Of a DNA stretch of 64,000 nt, positions 1-10,423 are shown piece after piece. Each line of letters begins with the position of its first letter. The stretch's first letter is position 1. Position numbers and translations under genes: made by a program. Below the pieces are notes generated by a model. The model was not told the DNA's origin, did no database searches, and saw nothing but the letters and a program-made list of their open reading frames with translations. The DNA comes from an uncultured cyanobacterium (GTDB lineage Bacteria; Cyanobacteriota; Cyanobacteriia; Cyanobacteriales; CAWCAG01). The DNA lies in assembly GCA_963803805.1 (NCBI GenBank), contig CAWDOD010000010.1, forward strand, positions 64,001-128,000, in the 5' to 3' direction.

Positions 1-282
1 TTAATAGTCGTAGATGGTATGGCTTATAACGGTACGGTGCGTTCCGAAGATGGCGATACGATAGACTACCTTAAGATTACTGACATTGGCAATAGTTTTT
101 TGATGACTGGTAAATCCACCCTGTCTTGGAATGGCGATTTGCCAAAGGGTTCTCGGCTAGCTTATCAAATTAAGGTAGGGTTAATGACCATGGCTGAACC
201 TGTACCTGAACCTACTTCTCTACTTTCTCTGGGTTTGCTGGGTAGTTTTGTCGCCTATACTCGTCGTAAGAAACAAGGCTAG
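1..282 (+). CDS. PEP-CTERM surface protein, C-terminal part (gene begins before the window)
   Basis: Frame is open from base 1. It ends VPEPTSLLSLGLLGSFVAYTRRKKQG (PEP motif, TM helix, basic tail). Confidence 0.85.
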   Translation, partial: LIVVDGMAYNGTVRSEDGDTIDYLKITDIGNSFLMTGKSTLSWNGDLPKGSRLAYQIKVGLMTMAEPVPEPTSLLSLGLLGSFVAYTRRKKQG

Positions 283-498
283 TACTAAAAAGATTATTAC
301 TGTGATAATGGGGCTAGGTTAGGTTGGTTATATTGATTGGCAAAATCTACAGGTATAAATTGCTCAGCAAGACAGAGATATTGAAGTTTTGAATCATCCT
401 CGGTTTGTTTTAGATTTAACTGAAGTTTAGAAATAACTTCTACTTTTGGCAGTTAACCAGATAAAATAAAAGTTACCTTCACCCACTTCCTGAAGCAA

Positions 499-2076
499 AT
501 GTCCTCTGCATCCTTTGGCCCCTATAAAAGCCGATTATTCAATTTCATTAATCGGCAATCTTTACGTTGGGGCGATCGCATTGGGCGTGGTTTACGTAAC
601 CTTCAGGTGGCAGCGACTTGGGGAGGACAGATTTTACTTTACCCTATTTACCTCTTGGTGCAAAGCACAAGGGCAGCAGGACACAAATTTAGCCAAGCTG
701 TTCAGGAAGCAGAATTACCTCAACCGGAAACTACCGCACAAAATATAACTCCTTCGACACCAATTCTCAACTTACTGCAAGAAATTAAGCCTCTTTTAAA
801 TTCGTCCGGTAAAATTGTTAGGCAATCTCCTCAAACTATAGAAAAAAAACAAACAACTCTTACTAAAACTAAAATAACCATTCAAGGGGTAGCAACTCTA
901 TTAGGCGATCGCAACCTAGTATTGGTTAGTAATAGTAATGAAATAATAGATATCCTCACCCCCCAGCAGCAACAAAAACTTCAGCAGCGCATCGCTTGGG
1001 AAATTGCTAACTATCGCCGCCATCTAAGGTTATTACAAAGTGCCAGCCAAAAAGGATATGCACCAATTCAACCGAGGGAAAAACCTCAAATTTTTGCCCC
1101 AATCAGGTTATTTTGGCATCTAATGCACTGGGTACAAATCAGCCCTGTAGCAACAGCAATTAACCTTTTTCAAGAAGCTGTTTTTGTGAAGCACGCCGTG
1201 CCTTCCTTAACTCCTGCCTCCTCCCTAGCTAATCTTTTTAGCCAAATTATACTACCTCCAGAAAGCTTAATTAATCTCGACCTTGTTGTCGCTAATATAG
1301 AAAGTAACGGGTTAGTTCCGGTGGCAAAAGTAGTTTCTGGGATAACAGAAAGTTGGGGAGGAAAATTACAGAATTTTAAAGCGGGCTTAACTAATTACTC
1401 TCCAAACTCTCAGAAAGAATTGGGGCAAATCAAAGCCTTAATTATGGCAGCGATACAATACTTCTTTAGGGGGAAAACTTCTGCTCAAAAACTGCCAGAG
1501 CCATCTATTTCCAGCAAGCAATTACCAAAAAAATCCTTCTTTTCCTTACCCACAAAACTTAAGAATCTTTGGCAGCGACAATTGAATTTTTGGCAACAAA
1601 GTGCCTTAGTTAAATTCTCTCCTTTCCAACCTACTACTCAAGAAAAAATACAGTTAGAACCAGATCCTTGGTTAAGCTGGAGTGATTTGTATGGTAACAC
1701 TTTAGATGCAGAAATCACTGAAGATGAACCTCTAGTTTCCCCACCTCGATTAACAGGTTGGGATCGCCAACCTCGAACTACAAAAAATTCTCTCTTAACT
1801 TCGGTAAAAAAACATCTTTCTTCTAAGGATGCAGACTTAGCTAAACCGAAACCAACAACCCAAACCATCACCACTTTCACCCCGGCGATCGCTACAGTAA
1901 CTGCAAATCAAGAACAGCTAGATCCAGCTTTTGATTGGATAGAAACCGAAGGAGTTCATCTTGGCTATGTCAAACATCCTTTAGAAGTGATCCTCTGTTT
2001 CCTTGATCAAGCTATAGCTTGGTTAGAGGAGATGGTAATCAAGATTTGGCAATGGCTTTTTCAGGGGAATTCCTGA
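499..2076 (+). CDS. Hypothetical protein
   Basis: 525-aa ORF with no recognisable motif. Confidence 0.7.
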   Translation: MSSASFGPYKSRLFNFINRQSLRWGDRIGRGLRNLQVAATWGGQILLYPIYLLVQSTRAAGHKFSQAVQEAELPQPETTAQNITPSTPILNLLQEIKPLLNSSGKIVRQSPQTIEKKQTTLTKTKITIQGVATLLGDRNLVLVSNSNEIIDILTPQQQQKLQQRIAWEIANYRRHLRLLQSASQKGYAPIQPREKPQIFAPIRLFWHLMHWVQISPVATAINLFQEAVFVKHAVPSLTPASSLANLFSQIILPPESLINLDLVVANIESNGLVPVAKVVSGITESWGGKLQNFKAGLTNYSPNSQKELGQIKALIMAAIQYFFRGKTSAQKLPEPSISSKQLPKKSFFSLPTKLKNLWQRQLNFWQQSALVKFSPFQPTTQEKIQLEPDPWLSWSDLYGNTLDAEITEDEPLVSPPRLTGWDRQPRTTKNSLLTSVKKHLSSKDADLAKPKPTTQTITTFTPAIATVTANQEQLDPAFDWIETEGVHLGYVKHPLEVILCFLDQAIAWLEEMVIKIWQWLFQGNS

Positions 2077-2174
2077 AATTTTACTTAGGGGTCAAAAAAA
2101 ATCCTAGTTTGCATAGTTTTTCAAACTTAGAAACGAAACATCTATAGTCAACAACGCTAACAAGAAGTTTTTGT

Positions 2175-3014
2175 ATGAAAAATATCAGTAGTTTGTCCGG
2201 CATCGTCATTGCTTCTTTTCTAAGCACTTCCCCTAGTGCAGTTGCTGCGGATTTGAGTATTGGTACATTTTTAGAACCGATCGCGGATATTCAGTCTCAG
2301 ATGGTATCAGGTTTCAAAACTTCTGGAGACTTTGGTTGGAATTACCAATATGACTGGCAATTTATTGATCAAATGATGAAAATCAGTTTGGATATTGACC
2401 TTGTTGGCGATGATCCAGGGGATTTAGTTAGCGTCTGGGAAGCAGGTATTGAAAATATCTGGAGCAATAAATATGACATTATAGATGGTAACTTCACTTA
2501 CCCTCTCCTATTTGACGTAAATTTTGTTGATAGCAATGCTGATCAAGTTGTGACAATTCATGCTGGGGCTGGTCACACCAACATGACAAACTGGTTTCTC
2601 GATGAATCAGCAGGCTGGGGAAACGAATACCACGATGAGATTGCAGCCCATGAATTTGGGCATATGTTGGGATTATATGATGAGTACGAAGGTGGTGCTG
2701 TCAACCCAGATATTGACCAGAATATTTTTACAGACAGCCTCATGGCAGATCTAAAACCTACTCAACCGCGTCACTATGCGGATATCTTGCAACTTCTTAT
2801 CAATGAAACTAGTAGGGACTTGTCCCTTGCTGTGGCAAGTTTACCCGTACCTTCTATTATAGATGAGCCTATTCCAGTCACCGATTTTGGTCACACTGAA
2901 GCCCCTCTAGCAGAAACCGTACCTGAACCCAATATCACTCTAGCTTTAGGGTTACTCAGTTTGCTTATGTTTAGCCTTAGCCGCAAAAAAAAGAGTAAGG
3001 GTGTTAATTTTTAA
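2175..3014 (+). CDS. PEP-CTERM-anchored putative zinc metallopeptidase
   Basis: Signal peptide, HEFGHMLGLYDEY zincin motif, and C-terminal VPEP + TM + RKKK. Confidence 0.8.
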   Translation: MKNISSLSGIVIASFLSTSPSAVAADLSIGTFLEPIADIQSQMVSGFKTSGDFGWNYQYDWQFIDQMMKISLDIDLVGDDPGDLVSVWEAGIENIWSNKYDIIDGNFTYPLLFDVNFVDSNADQVVTIHAGAGHTNMTNWFLDESAGWGNEYHDEIAAHEFGHMLGLYDEYEGGAVNPDIDQNIFTDSLMADLKPTQPRHYADILQLLINETSRDLSLAVASLPVPSIIDEPIPVTDFGHTEAPLAETVPEPNITLALGLLSLLMFSLSRKKKSKGVNF

Positions 3015-3021
3015 TTTTTAA

Positions 3022-3951
3022 TTAACGCTGCTCCCTACCCTCACAAAAACCTCTGGTACTTGGTATAACCAACTCCTGCCAAGCCAACTTAGCTGCCCCT
3101 GCCATCCCTGCATCATTCCCTAACTCTGCCCTAACAAGTTGCAAATCCCCACGGGAACTAGCCATAACTCGCCGTTCAATCTCTTCTAAAGCCGCAGGAA
3201 AGAAAAACTCGGCACTAGCACTCACACCACCGCCAATTACTACAGCTTCTGGGGTTAAAATGTAAATGGAACTGGTTAAACCTGCTCCTAAAAGCTTGCC
3301 ATAGTTGCGCCAAAAAGCCAACGCTTCTGTATTTCCTGCTTTCGCCCTTGCCCCCAACACCGCAGGTTCTTGCCCCATTTGTCGTCGAATTGCAGCCACA
3401 GAAACATATTGTTCTAAAGAACCATTGTTACCACTATTGCAAGGTGGGCCATCAGGATTTAAAGTAATTAGACCTAACTCCCCTGCTGTACCTAATCGCC
3501 CCGTAAACAGCTTACCATCCAAAACCACCGCACCACCTACCCCCGTACCCAAGGTTAAGAGGATGAGGTTTTTAAATTTTTTACCCGCCCCTAACCAAGC
3601 TTCCCCTAACCCTGCACAGTTAGCATCATTAGCGAGAATTGCTGGTAAACCAGTTTTTTCTTTTAACCAATATCCTAAAGGAATATCCCGCCAACCTACC
3701 AAGTTAATAGCTATCTTAGCAACTTTCCCCCCTGCATCCGCAGGGCCAGGAGTACCAACACCAATGGCCACAGCTTGCTGATTAACATTAAGTTCCTGTA
3801 TTGCAGCCACCATAGCTTCTAACACGGCTTCCGGAGTAGAGGGTTGGGGAGTAGGAATATTTAAAGATTGCAAGCAAATCCCATCTTCTTGAAACCGCCC
3901 TAATTTAATAGCGGTTCCCCCTAAGTCAATACCAATAACTTCTTTTTGCAC
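3022..3951 (-). CDS. ROK family sugar kinase (glucokinase-like)
   Basis: GIDLGGT, NDANCAGLGE, LGTGVGG and GELG..CNSGNNGSLE motifs. Confidence 0.9.
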   Translation of the reverse strand: MQKEVIGIDLGGTAIKLGRFQEDGICLQSLNIPTPQPSTPEAVLEAMVAAIQELNVNQQAVAIGVGTPGPADAGGKVAKIAINLVGWRDIPLGYWLKEKTGLPAILANDANCAGLGEAWLGAGKKFKNLILLTLGTGVGGAVVLDGKLFTGRLGTAGELGLITLNPDGPPCNSGNNGSLEQYVSVAAIRRQMGQEPAVLGARAKAGNTEALAFWRNYGKLLGAGLTSSIYILTPEAVVIGGGVSASAEFFFPAALEEIERRVMASSRGDLQLVRAELGNDAGMAGAAKLAWQELVIPSTRGFCEGREQR

Positions 3952-4091
3952 AACGAATTCCTAAACTAGCTTAATATCTAGTAAAGCTTGCGATCGCAGG
4001 TTATGGCCAAAACCTCCAATAAATTAAACGCTAAAGTATAAAAAAACTGACAGTATAGAACTCAGGTAAGATGAAATCGAATTAATGATTA

Positions 4092-5720
4092 GTGAAGGGG
4101 ATGCACAAAAAATACTTTGCCTTAGCAGTGGCGATCGCCGCAACAATCATTTTAATGGAGGGGATAATTTCCCCTGTTCAGTCTCAGTTACCCAGGTTAG
4201 AGGAACTGAATCTGATTCCTCACCAAATATTTAAACCTGATATAGAAGATCCTATAATCCCTGCTTGCATTCGCCTTGATGGTAGCTGTTTATTTAAGGT
4301 TGCAGCCCCGAAATCAGAAATAGGAGAACGGGTTGCTGATATTGAACAGAGGTTGCGGGATGTTCGCCAAATCTATTTAAGTACCGAAGAAACTAACTTA
4401 GAAATTCGCCCTGTAGAAGCGGGAAAGTTAGAGGATATCTATGCTTTAGGGGAGGAAGATGAGGATATTCGCCTGCTGACAATTACTATTCCTGATGCAG
4501 AAATCCAGGGAGTTGATGTGGCAACTAGGTCAAAGCAGGTAGTTGAGGATCTTGAATTAGGTTTAAAAGAAGCCCAACGAGAAAGGGAAAGAAGCTATTT
4601 AACTCGCCAAGGGAGCATTGCTGGGGGCATCTTTTTTGTCATGATTACCCTTAGCTGGTTGATCTCCCGTTGGCAAAGCTACTTAAAACGTTCTAAAGAC
4701 AAGCTTAAATCTTCTGCCCAAACCCAAGGGCAACCAATTTCAACTCAACTTACCAATAAACAGGAGTGGAACTTTAAAGAAATTCAAGTACGCCTTTTGG
4801 AGTTAGGGGAGTTTTTTTTGTTGGGGGGAGGGGCATTATACATTTTGGGTTTGTTCCCCTACACTCGAACAATCCAAGTTGCCCTCCTCGCAGCTTTGAA
4901 AATCCCTTTCCGCATTGGTTTAGTGATTTTAGGTACTTACTTAACCATTCGCCTTGTTTACGTCTTGATTGGTAAATTTGCTACGGCGATCGCCGAAAAT
5001 TCTTTATTAGTCCCGGAATCTACTTCTCGTTTACAACTGAGAATCTCCACCATTTCTCGTGTAACCAAAGGTATCGCCACCATTGCCTGTCTTGGTGCGG
5101 GGGTAATCGTCGCCTTAGCTTGGTTAGGGGTGGATATCGCACCATTATTAGCGGGGGCTGGCATTATTGGTGTTGCCCTTTCCTTCGCTTCCCAAAACCT
5201 GATTAAAGATGCCCTCAATGGCTTTTTTATTATCCTCGAAGATCAATTTGCTGTGGGAGATGTAATCACAGTCGGAGATGTGGGGGGATTAGTGGAAAAT
5301 ATGAACCTGCGTATCACTCAATTGCGGGATGCTGAAGGTAGATTAATTACTGTTCCCAATAGTGAAATTAAAATCGTTGCCAATCACTCTAATGGTTGGT
5401 CTAGGGCTGATGTTAGCCTGCCCATTTCCTATCGTACCGACGTTGATAAAGCCATTGCCATAGTTAACAAAGTAGCCCAAGACATGGATGCAGACGAAGT
5501 TTGGCAAGAACAGATTTTAGAACCCCCCCAAGTTTTAGGAATTGATGGTTTTGGCGATCGCGGGGTAATTCTTCGCATTTGGTTGAAAACTCAAACCCTA
5601 AAACAATGGGATGTTGCCAGAGAATATCGCCGTCGCTTAAAAATAGCCCTTGACAAAGCTGGTATTTCTATTCCTGTACCTCAACAAGAGATTCTTTTAA
5701 CTGGCTTGTCCGATGATTGA
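4092..5720 (+). CDS. MscS family mechanosensitive ion channel
   Basis: TM helices followed by LSFASQNLIKD..GFFI..EDQFAVGDVI..GLVE..LR.TQLR. Confidence 0.9.
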   Translation: MKGMHKKYFALAVAIAATIILMEGIISPVQSQLPRLEELNLIPHQIFKPDIEDPIIPACIRLDGSCLFKVAAPKSEIGERVADIEQRLRDVRQIYLSTEETNLEIRPVEAGKLEDIYALGEEDEDIRLLTITIPDAEIQGVDVATRSKQVVEDLELGLKEAQRERERSYLTRQGSIAGGIFFVMITLSWLISRWQSYLKRSKDKLKSSAQTQGQPISTQLTNKQEWNFKEIQVRLLELGEFFLLGGGALYILGLFPYTRTIQVALLAALKIPFRIGLVILGTYLTIRLVYVLIGKFATAIAENSLLVPESTSRLQLRISTISRVTKGIATIACLGAGVIVALAWLGVDIAPLLAGAGIIGVALSFASQNLIKDALNGFFIILEDQFAVGDVITVGDVGGLVENMNLRITQLRDAEGRLITVPNSEIKIVANHSNGWSRADVSLPISYRTDVDKAIAIVNKVAQDMDADEVWQEQILEPPQVLGIDGFGDRGVILRIWLKTQTLKQWDVAREYRRRLKIALDKAGISIPVPQQEILLTGLSDD

Positions 5721-5796
5721 GGATTTTATCCCCTCAATACCTGGCAACATCATTTCATTATTATCCAAACTCCAATGTAGTTGGATTGATAGGAAT

Positions 5797-5866
5797 CGGT
5801 GCGTTACGGCAGAATTGAAATTATGATTTAACCCCATTCTAATGATAACCGCCTAACGAACCCTAC
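5797..5866. repeat. REP-like palindromic intergenic element
   Basis: Inverted arms CGGTGCGTTACGGC ... GCCTAACGAACCCTAC between convergent genes; resembles the cyanobacterial GTAGGGTGCGTTA repeat family. Confidence 0.6.
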
Positions 5867-5974
5867 TAGACTGACCCACCTAAAATATTGCTTTAGAAAA
5901 ACAGCATAACTCTTCTTGTTCATGTTTCTAAACAACAATCTATTGTACTGCTTGGGTCAGTCTACTACTTAAGG

Positions 5975-7375
5975 TTAGGGCTTATTTCCTGGAGTACGTC
6001 CTCCTTCGTCATTACTACCTCCACGAGGACTGGAATTACCTGGATCACAGCCTTCTGAACCATTACCTATACCTTGGTTGCAGTTAGGTTTCTTGGATTT
6101 TTGATCGTCGTCGTCATCCATATCTATCTCATCATCATCATCCATGCCCATATCATCATCCATATCCATATCGCCACAGTTATTGCAGGGCTTCACAGTA
6201 CCCCCTTCATCAACAACAATGACATAAGGAGAGGAAATGAGACTATATTCTTCAGTTTTGGTACTAACCAATGCCTGGTAGAGTAAAGCACAAACTTCAG
6301 CCCTGGTAGCTACTTGGTTAAGGTTGAGAACATTAACATTAGGGTAGTTGACAATCAAGCCATTCACCGTTGCAGCAGCGATCGCACTACGATATTGCGT
6401 AGGAATGGTATTGGCATCGCTGTAGAAAGAGAGGATGGTTTCAGTAGCTTGGTTATAAGAATAACCCAAGCCTTGAGTTAAAGCCACCAAAATATCCAAG
6501 CGAGTCATTTGTTGGTTTGGGTTAAATTGATTGCCAGAAGCACTCATAAAGCCCATTTCATAAGCTTCTGTAATAGCGCTATAACCCCAAAAGCTCTGAG
6601 AAAGATCCCTGAAACTACTAAATTTCTTGACTTTGTTCTTTTTAAAGGCTTTATTAACCATAGCTGCAAACTGAGCGCGAGTGACAGCTTGCTGTGGCTT
6701 GAATTTCCCATCAGGGAAGCCTTTAACAATGCCTTTGCTAGCTAAGCGAGCAATAAACTGCTGTGACCAATAGCTAGAAGAAACATCAGTAAAACTAGTT
6801 TGAACTCCCTGACTAACTTGGGTTGTCTGGCTACTTCTAGTTGTCCTTGTTTCGATGACTGTTTCTGTCGTGTTACGTCGAGTTCCGACATTCGTGACAT
6901 TGCTTTCGGCTACAGATTGAGTAGTTACTTGATCAAACCTAACCCCAGAACCTGTTTTATCGGTACGATAGATATAAACATTCTCCTCTTCATCAGCTAA
7001 TACCACCAACCAACCGGGGGTTATAGCTTGGAGGCAGCTTTCTGCTGGGCCTCCTAAACCAAGACAACTATCCGACCATTCTTGTTGCAGGGCTTGCACA
7101 ACCTTCAACTGAGAACTATCAACCCCTAATTTTTGTGCTGCAGCATCTACAACAGCTTTGTTAATTATATCTGGTAAATCTACCATCATTTCATGGCTAT
7201 GTTCACCTTCACCAGTTTTGTGGGCTAGTTCAGTGCTACTGTTACTTTCTTGCTGTTTCCCTTGTAAAGATAAATCCGTAGCATTAATGGGTAGAGAAGT
7301 TGCAGTCGTGCTAAAAGTTCCTACGACTACTGCCATTATTGCTTTGCCTAAAATAGCCTTATGTTTTTGTCCCAA
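5975..7375 (-). CDS. Secreted S-layer homology (SLH) domain protein
   Basis: Signal peptide, three SLH repeats (FTDV..YW..GFPDGKFKP..VTRAQFA), Asp/Met-rich tract and a Cys/Gly-rich tail. Confidence 0.85.
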   Translation of the reverse strand: MGQKHKAILGKAIMAVVVGTFSTTATSLPINATDLSLQGKQQESNSSTELAHKTGEGEHSHEMMVDLPDIINKAVVDAAAQKLGVDSSQLKVVQALQQEWSDSCLGLGGPAESCLQAITPGWLVVLADEEENVYIYRTDKTGSGVRFDQVTTQSVAESNVTNVGTRRNTTETVIETRTTRSSQTTQVSQGVQTSFTDVSSSYWSQQFIARLASKGIVKGFPDGKFKPQQAVTRAQFAAMVNKAFKKNKVKKFSSFRDLSQSFWGYSAITEAYEMGFMSASGNQFNPNQQMTRLDILVALTQGLGYSYNQATETILSFYSDANTIPTQYRSAIAAATVNGLIVNYPNVNVLNLNQVATRAEVCALLYQALVSTKTEEYSLISSPYVIVVDEGGTVKPCNNCGDMDMDDDMGMDDDDEIDMDDDDDQKSKKPNCNQGIGNGSEGCDPGNSSPRGGSNDEGGRTPGNKP

Positions 7376-7543
7376 TTGTCACACCTAAAAAAACCTTGAA
7401 CCCTAGCAAAGACGTTCCCAGTTTGATGGTGTTCCTGGAATCCTATTTGCTCAGATTAAGATAAGGAAAAATTACCCTGACTGGTTAAACGGGAGCCTTC
7501 TTTTTATATTAAAATAAATTTAATTAACAAAACTTTACTACAT

Positions 7544-8440
7544 TTGGCTGTGACAGCAGAGCAACTTCTTAAATACGACTACTTAGAACAACTAAATTGG
7601 CACTGGCAAGGTCATAAAATAACTTACACTGTCCAGGGGGCAGGAAAGCCCTTGCTGTTAATTCATGGCTTCGGTGCTTCATTGGGGCATTGGCGTAAAA
7701 ATATCCCTGTCCTAGCCGCCGCAGGCTATCAAGTATTTGCTCTTGATTTGCTAGGATTTGGTGGTTCTGCTAAACCAGCTTTAAACTACACTGTAGAGTT
7801 GTGGCAGCAGCAGATTAAAGACTTTTGGCAAGCCCATATTCAGGAACCGACGGTATTTGTTGGTAACTCTATTGGTGGCTTGCTAGCTTTGATGACTTTA
7901 GCAGAAACACCTGAAATTGCGGCTGGGGGCATTTTAATTAATTGTGCTGGTGGGTTAAACCACCGCCCCAGTGAACTCAATCCTGTTTTAGGCTTAGTTA
8001 TGGGAAGCTTTACTAAACTAGTTGCTTCTCCTCGGCTTGGGCCTTTCATTTTCAACCGTATTCGCCAGAAACAACGTATCCGCAATACTCTTTACAAAGT
8101 TTATCGAGATAGAAAAGCGGTTACTGATGAATTAGTTGATCTGCTTTACAATCCTTCTTGCGACGAAGGGGCGCAACAGGTGTTTGCTTCAGTATTAACA
8201 GCCCCTCCAGGACCAACACCTCAAGAGTTGCTACCGAAGGTTACAAGTCCTCTGCTGATTCTTTGGGGGGAAGCAGATCCCTGGACACCGATTGCTGGGG
8301 CAAGGATTTATCAACAATTAAGTGATAATAAAGATCAGGTAGAATTTCAGTCTATACCTAATGCGGGTCATTGTCCCCATGATGAAAACCCCAAGCAAGT
8401 TAATGAGTTGATTTTAAACTGGCTGTGCAATGATCAATAA
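7544..8440 (+). CDS. Alpha/beta fold hydrolase
   Basis: HGFG, GNSIGG nucleophile elbow and GHCPHDE motifs. Confidence 0.9.
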   Translation: MAVTAEQLLKYDYLEQLNWHWQGHKITYTVQGAGKPLLLIHGFGASLGHWRKNIPVLAAAGYQVFALDLLGFGGSAKPALNYTVELWQQQIKDFWQAHIQEPTVFVGNSIGGLLALMTLAETPEIAAGGILINCAGGLNHRPSELNPVLGLVMGSFTKLVASPRLGPFIFNRIRQKQRIRNTLYKVYRDRKAVTDELVDLLYNPSCDEGAQQVFASVLTAPPGPTPQELLPKVTSPLLILWGEADPWTPIAGARIYQQLSDNKDQVEFQSIPNAGHCPHDENPKQVNELILNWLCNDQ

Positions 8441-8490
8441 GGATAGACCCTACATTGTACGGCTTGTTGTTGCCGTTAGGCATCTAATTA

Positions 8491-8670
8491 TCAATTATCA
8501 ATTTCTCTCTCCCTCTCTCCCCAGATAAGAACCTGAAAGATGGAGACAATACCCCAAATAATTGCGCCAATTAACATAATAAACATTAAAGGAGCAAGAC
8601 CAGCAAAAGGGGCCAGAATTAATAATAACAAAAGTCCGATGATAATTAGTTTGGTTAGTAAGTTCTTCAT
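8491..8670 (-). CDS. Small membrane protein (59 aa, absent from the ORF track)
   Basis: Manual translation gives MKNLLTKLIIIGLLLLLILAPFAGLAPLMFIMLIGAIIWGIVSIFQVLIWGEREREIDN*, with two hydrophobic segments. Confidence 0.65.
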   Translation of the reverse strand: MKNLLTKLIIIGLLLLLILAPFAGLAPLMFIMLIGAIIWGIVSIFQVLIWGEREREIDN

Positions 8671-8709
8671 AGTATTAAGTAAATAAGTATCTTAAATTAA
8701 ATTAACTAA

Positions 8710-10305
8710 ATGGCGATCGCGATTGATTTTGGTACTAGTAATACGGTTATTGCCCGTTGGAATGAGGCAACTCAGGAAGCAGAAATTTTGAGCTTGCCGG
8801 AGATATCTCAGCAATTGGTCAATAATCCGCCTTTAATTCCTAGTTTAGTTTATGTAGAAAATGCTAGCCAGGAACAAGTGATTGTTGGACAACAGGTGCG
8901 GGATCGCGGTTTGGATTTGCTCAACAATTCCCGCTTTTTTCGTAGTTTTAAGCGGGGTATTGGTACGAAGGTGCAAGGTTTTCTGCCAGAGTTGGATGGG
9001 GAAGCGGTTACTTTTGAAGAGATTGGTAAGTTATTTCTTACTCAGTTAATCGTTAACCTTGACCAAGAGGACAAACCAGAATCATTAGTTTTAACTGTTC
9101 CGGTTGATAGTTTTGAAGCCTACCGTCATTGGTTAGGAAATATTTGTCAATCTTTGGGTGTTGAACAGGTGCAAATGTTGGATGAACCAACAGCCGCAGC
9201 TTTGGGGTACGGAACAGCAGAAGAGAATTTGTTGTTGGTGATAGATTTTGGTGGGGGAACCATAGATTTATCTTTGGTACAACTGGATTTAAAACCGGGG
9301 CAAAGTCCTGCTTCTAGGGGGTTTATCCTTAAATGGGGTGCAAATTTGTTTGGGGAGAGTTCGGGGCAAAGACCAAAAACAGCCCGTGTCTTGGCTAAGG
9401 CAGGTCAAAATCTGGGGGGTTGCGATCTCGACAACTGGTTGGTAGATTATTTTGTACAGGAACAGGGCTTAAGCAAGTCTCCTTTAACAACTCGTTTAGC
9501 AGAACGTTTGAAGATTAAACTTTCTTCTCAAACTGAGGCGAGTGAAGTTTATTTTAATGACGAAACCTTAGAAAGTTATGAGTTAGCTTTGGATCGGGAG
9601 CAATTTGAAACTATCCTCAAAGAAAGAGGCTTTTTCCAACAATTAGACGAACTCATGACTCAGGTTTTGCAACAGGGAAAGCGAGAAGGAATTACCTCTG
9701 CTGATTTTGATACTGTGCTTTTAGTGGGAGGAACAACCCAAATCCCGGCGGTACAAACCTGGTTACAAAAGTACTTTGAACCAGAAAAAATCAAAGGGGA
9801 TCACCCCTTCACTGCCATAGCTGCGGGGGCTTTGCAAGTAGTTGAGGGGATTGAAGTTAAGGATTTTCTTTATCACAGTTACGGCATTCGCTACTGGAAT
9901 CGTAAAGAAAATCGCCATAGCTGGCATACCTTAGTAAAATCAGGGCAGCCTTATCCCATGAACAAAGCCATAGAACTTGTTTTAAGTGCTTCTGTTGCTA
10001 ATCAACCTAGCATTGAATTAATTATCGGGGAATTGGGGGCAGACACGGGAGGAACGGAGGTTTATTTTGATGGCGATCGCTTAGTTACTCGTAGCATTGA
10101 GACAGGAGAAACTACCGTTCAACCTCTTAACGATCAAGAAGGGGCAAGGACGGTTGCTAAATTAGAACCTTTAGGAAATCCTGGCAGCGATCGCGTTAGG
10201 TTACAGTTCTATGTAGATAAAGAAAGGTTTTTGCGCCTCACCGTAGAAGATTTACTTACTAACGAAACTCTATTAATAGATCAGGCTGTTGTGCAGTTAA
10301 GTTAG
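8710..10305 (+). CDS. Hsp70 family protein (atypical DnaK-like)
   Basis: IDFGTSNT, EPTAAALGYG, DFGGGT and LVGGTTQIP motifs. Confidence 0.9.
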   Translation: MAIAIDFGTSNTVIARWNEATQEAEILSLPEISQQLVNNPPLIPSLVYVENASQEQVIVGQQVRDRGLDLLNNSRFFRSFKRGIGTKVQGFLPELDGEAVTFEEIGKLFLTQLIVNLDQEDKPESLVLTVPVDSFEAYRHWLGNICQSLGVEQVQMLDEPTAAALGYGTAEENLLLVIDFGGGTIDLSLVQLDLKPGQSPASRGFILKWGANLFGESSGQRPKTARVLAKAGQNLGGCDLDNWLVDYFVQEQGLSKSPLTTRLAERLKIKLSSQTEASEVYFNDETLESYELALDREQFETILKERGFFQQLDELMTQVLQQGKREGITSADFDTVLLVGGTTQIPAVQTWLQKYFEPEKIKGDHPFTAIAAGALQVVEGIEVKDFLYHSYGIRYWNRKENRHSWHTLVKSGQPYPMNKAIELVLSASVANQPSIELIIGELGADTGGTEVYFDGDRLVTRSIETGETTVQPLNDQEGARTVAKLEPLGNPGSDRVRLQFYVDKERFLRLTVEDLLTNETLLIDQAVVQLS

Positions 10306-10423
10306 CAGTTTTCAATGATTCAGTTTTAACAAACAAGCTAACACTTTAGAGGGATTTTTTCATGTTTCTTCGGAACTGTTTATGCTTCGGCTTTTGTAGA
10401 GGATAATCTGCGATCGCCAAGCT

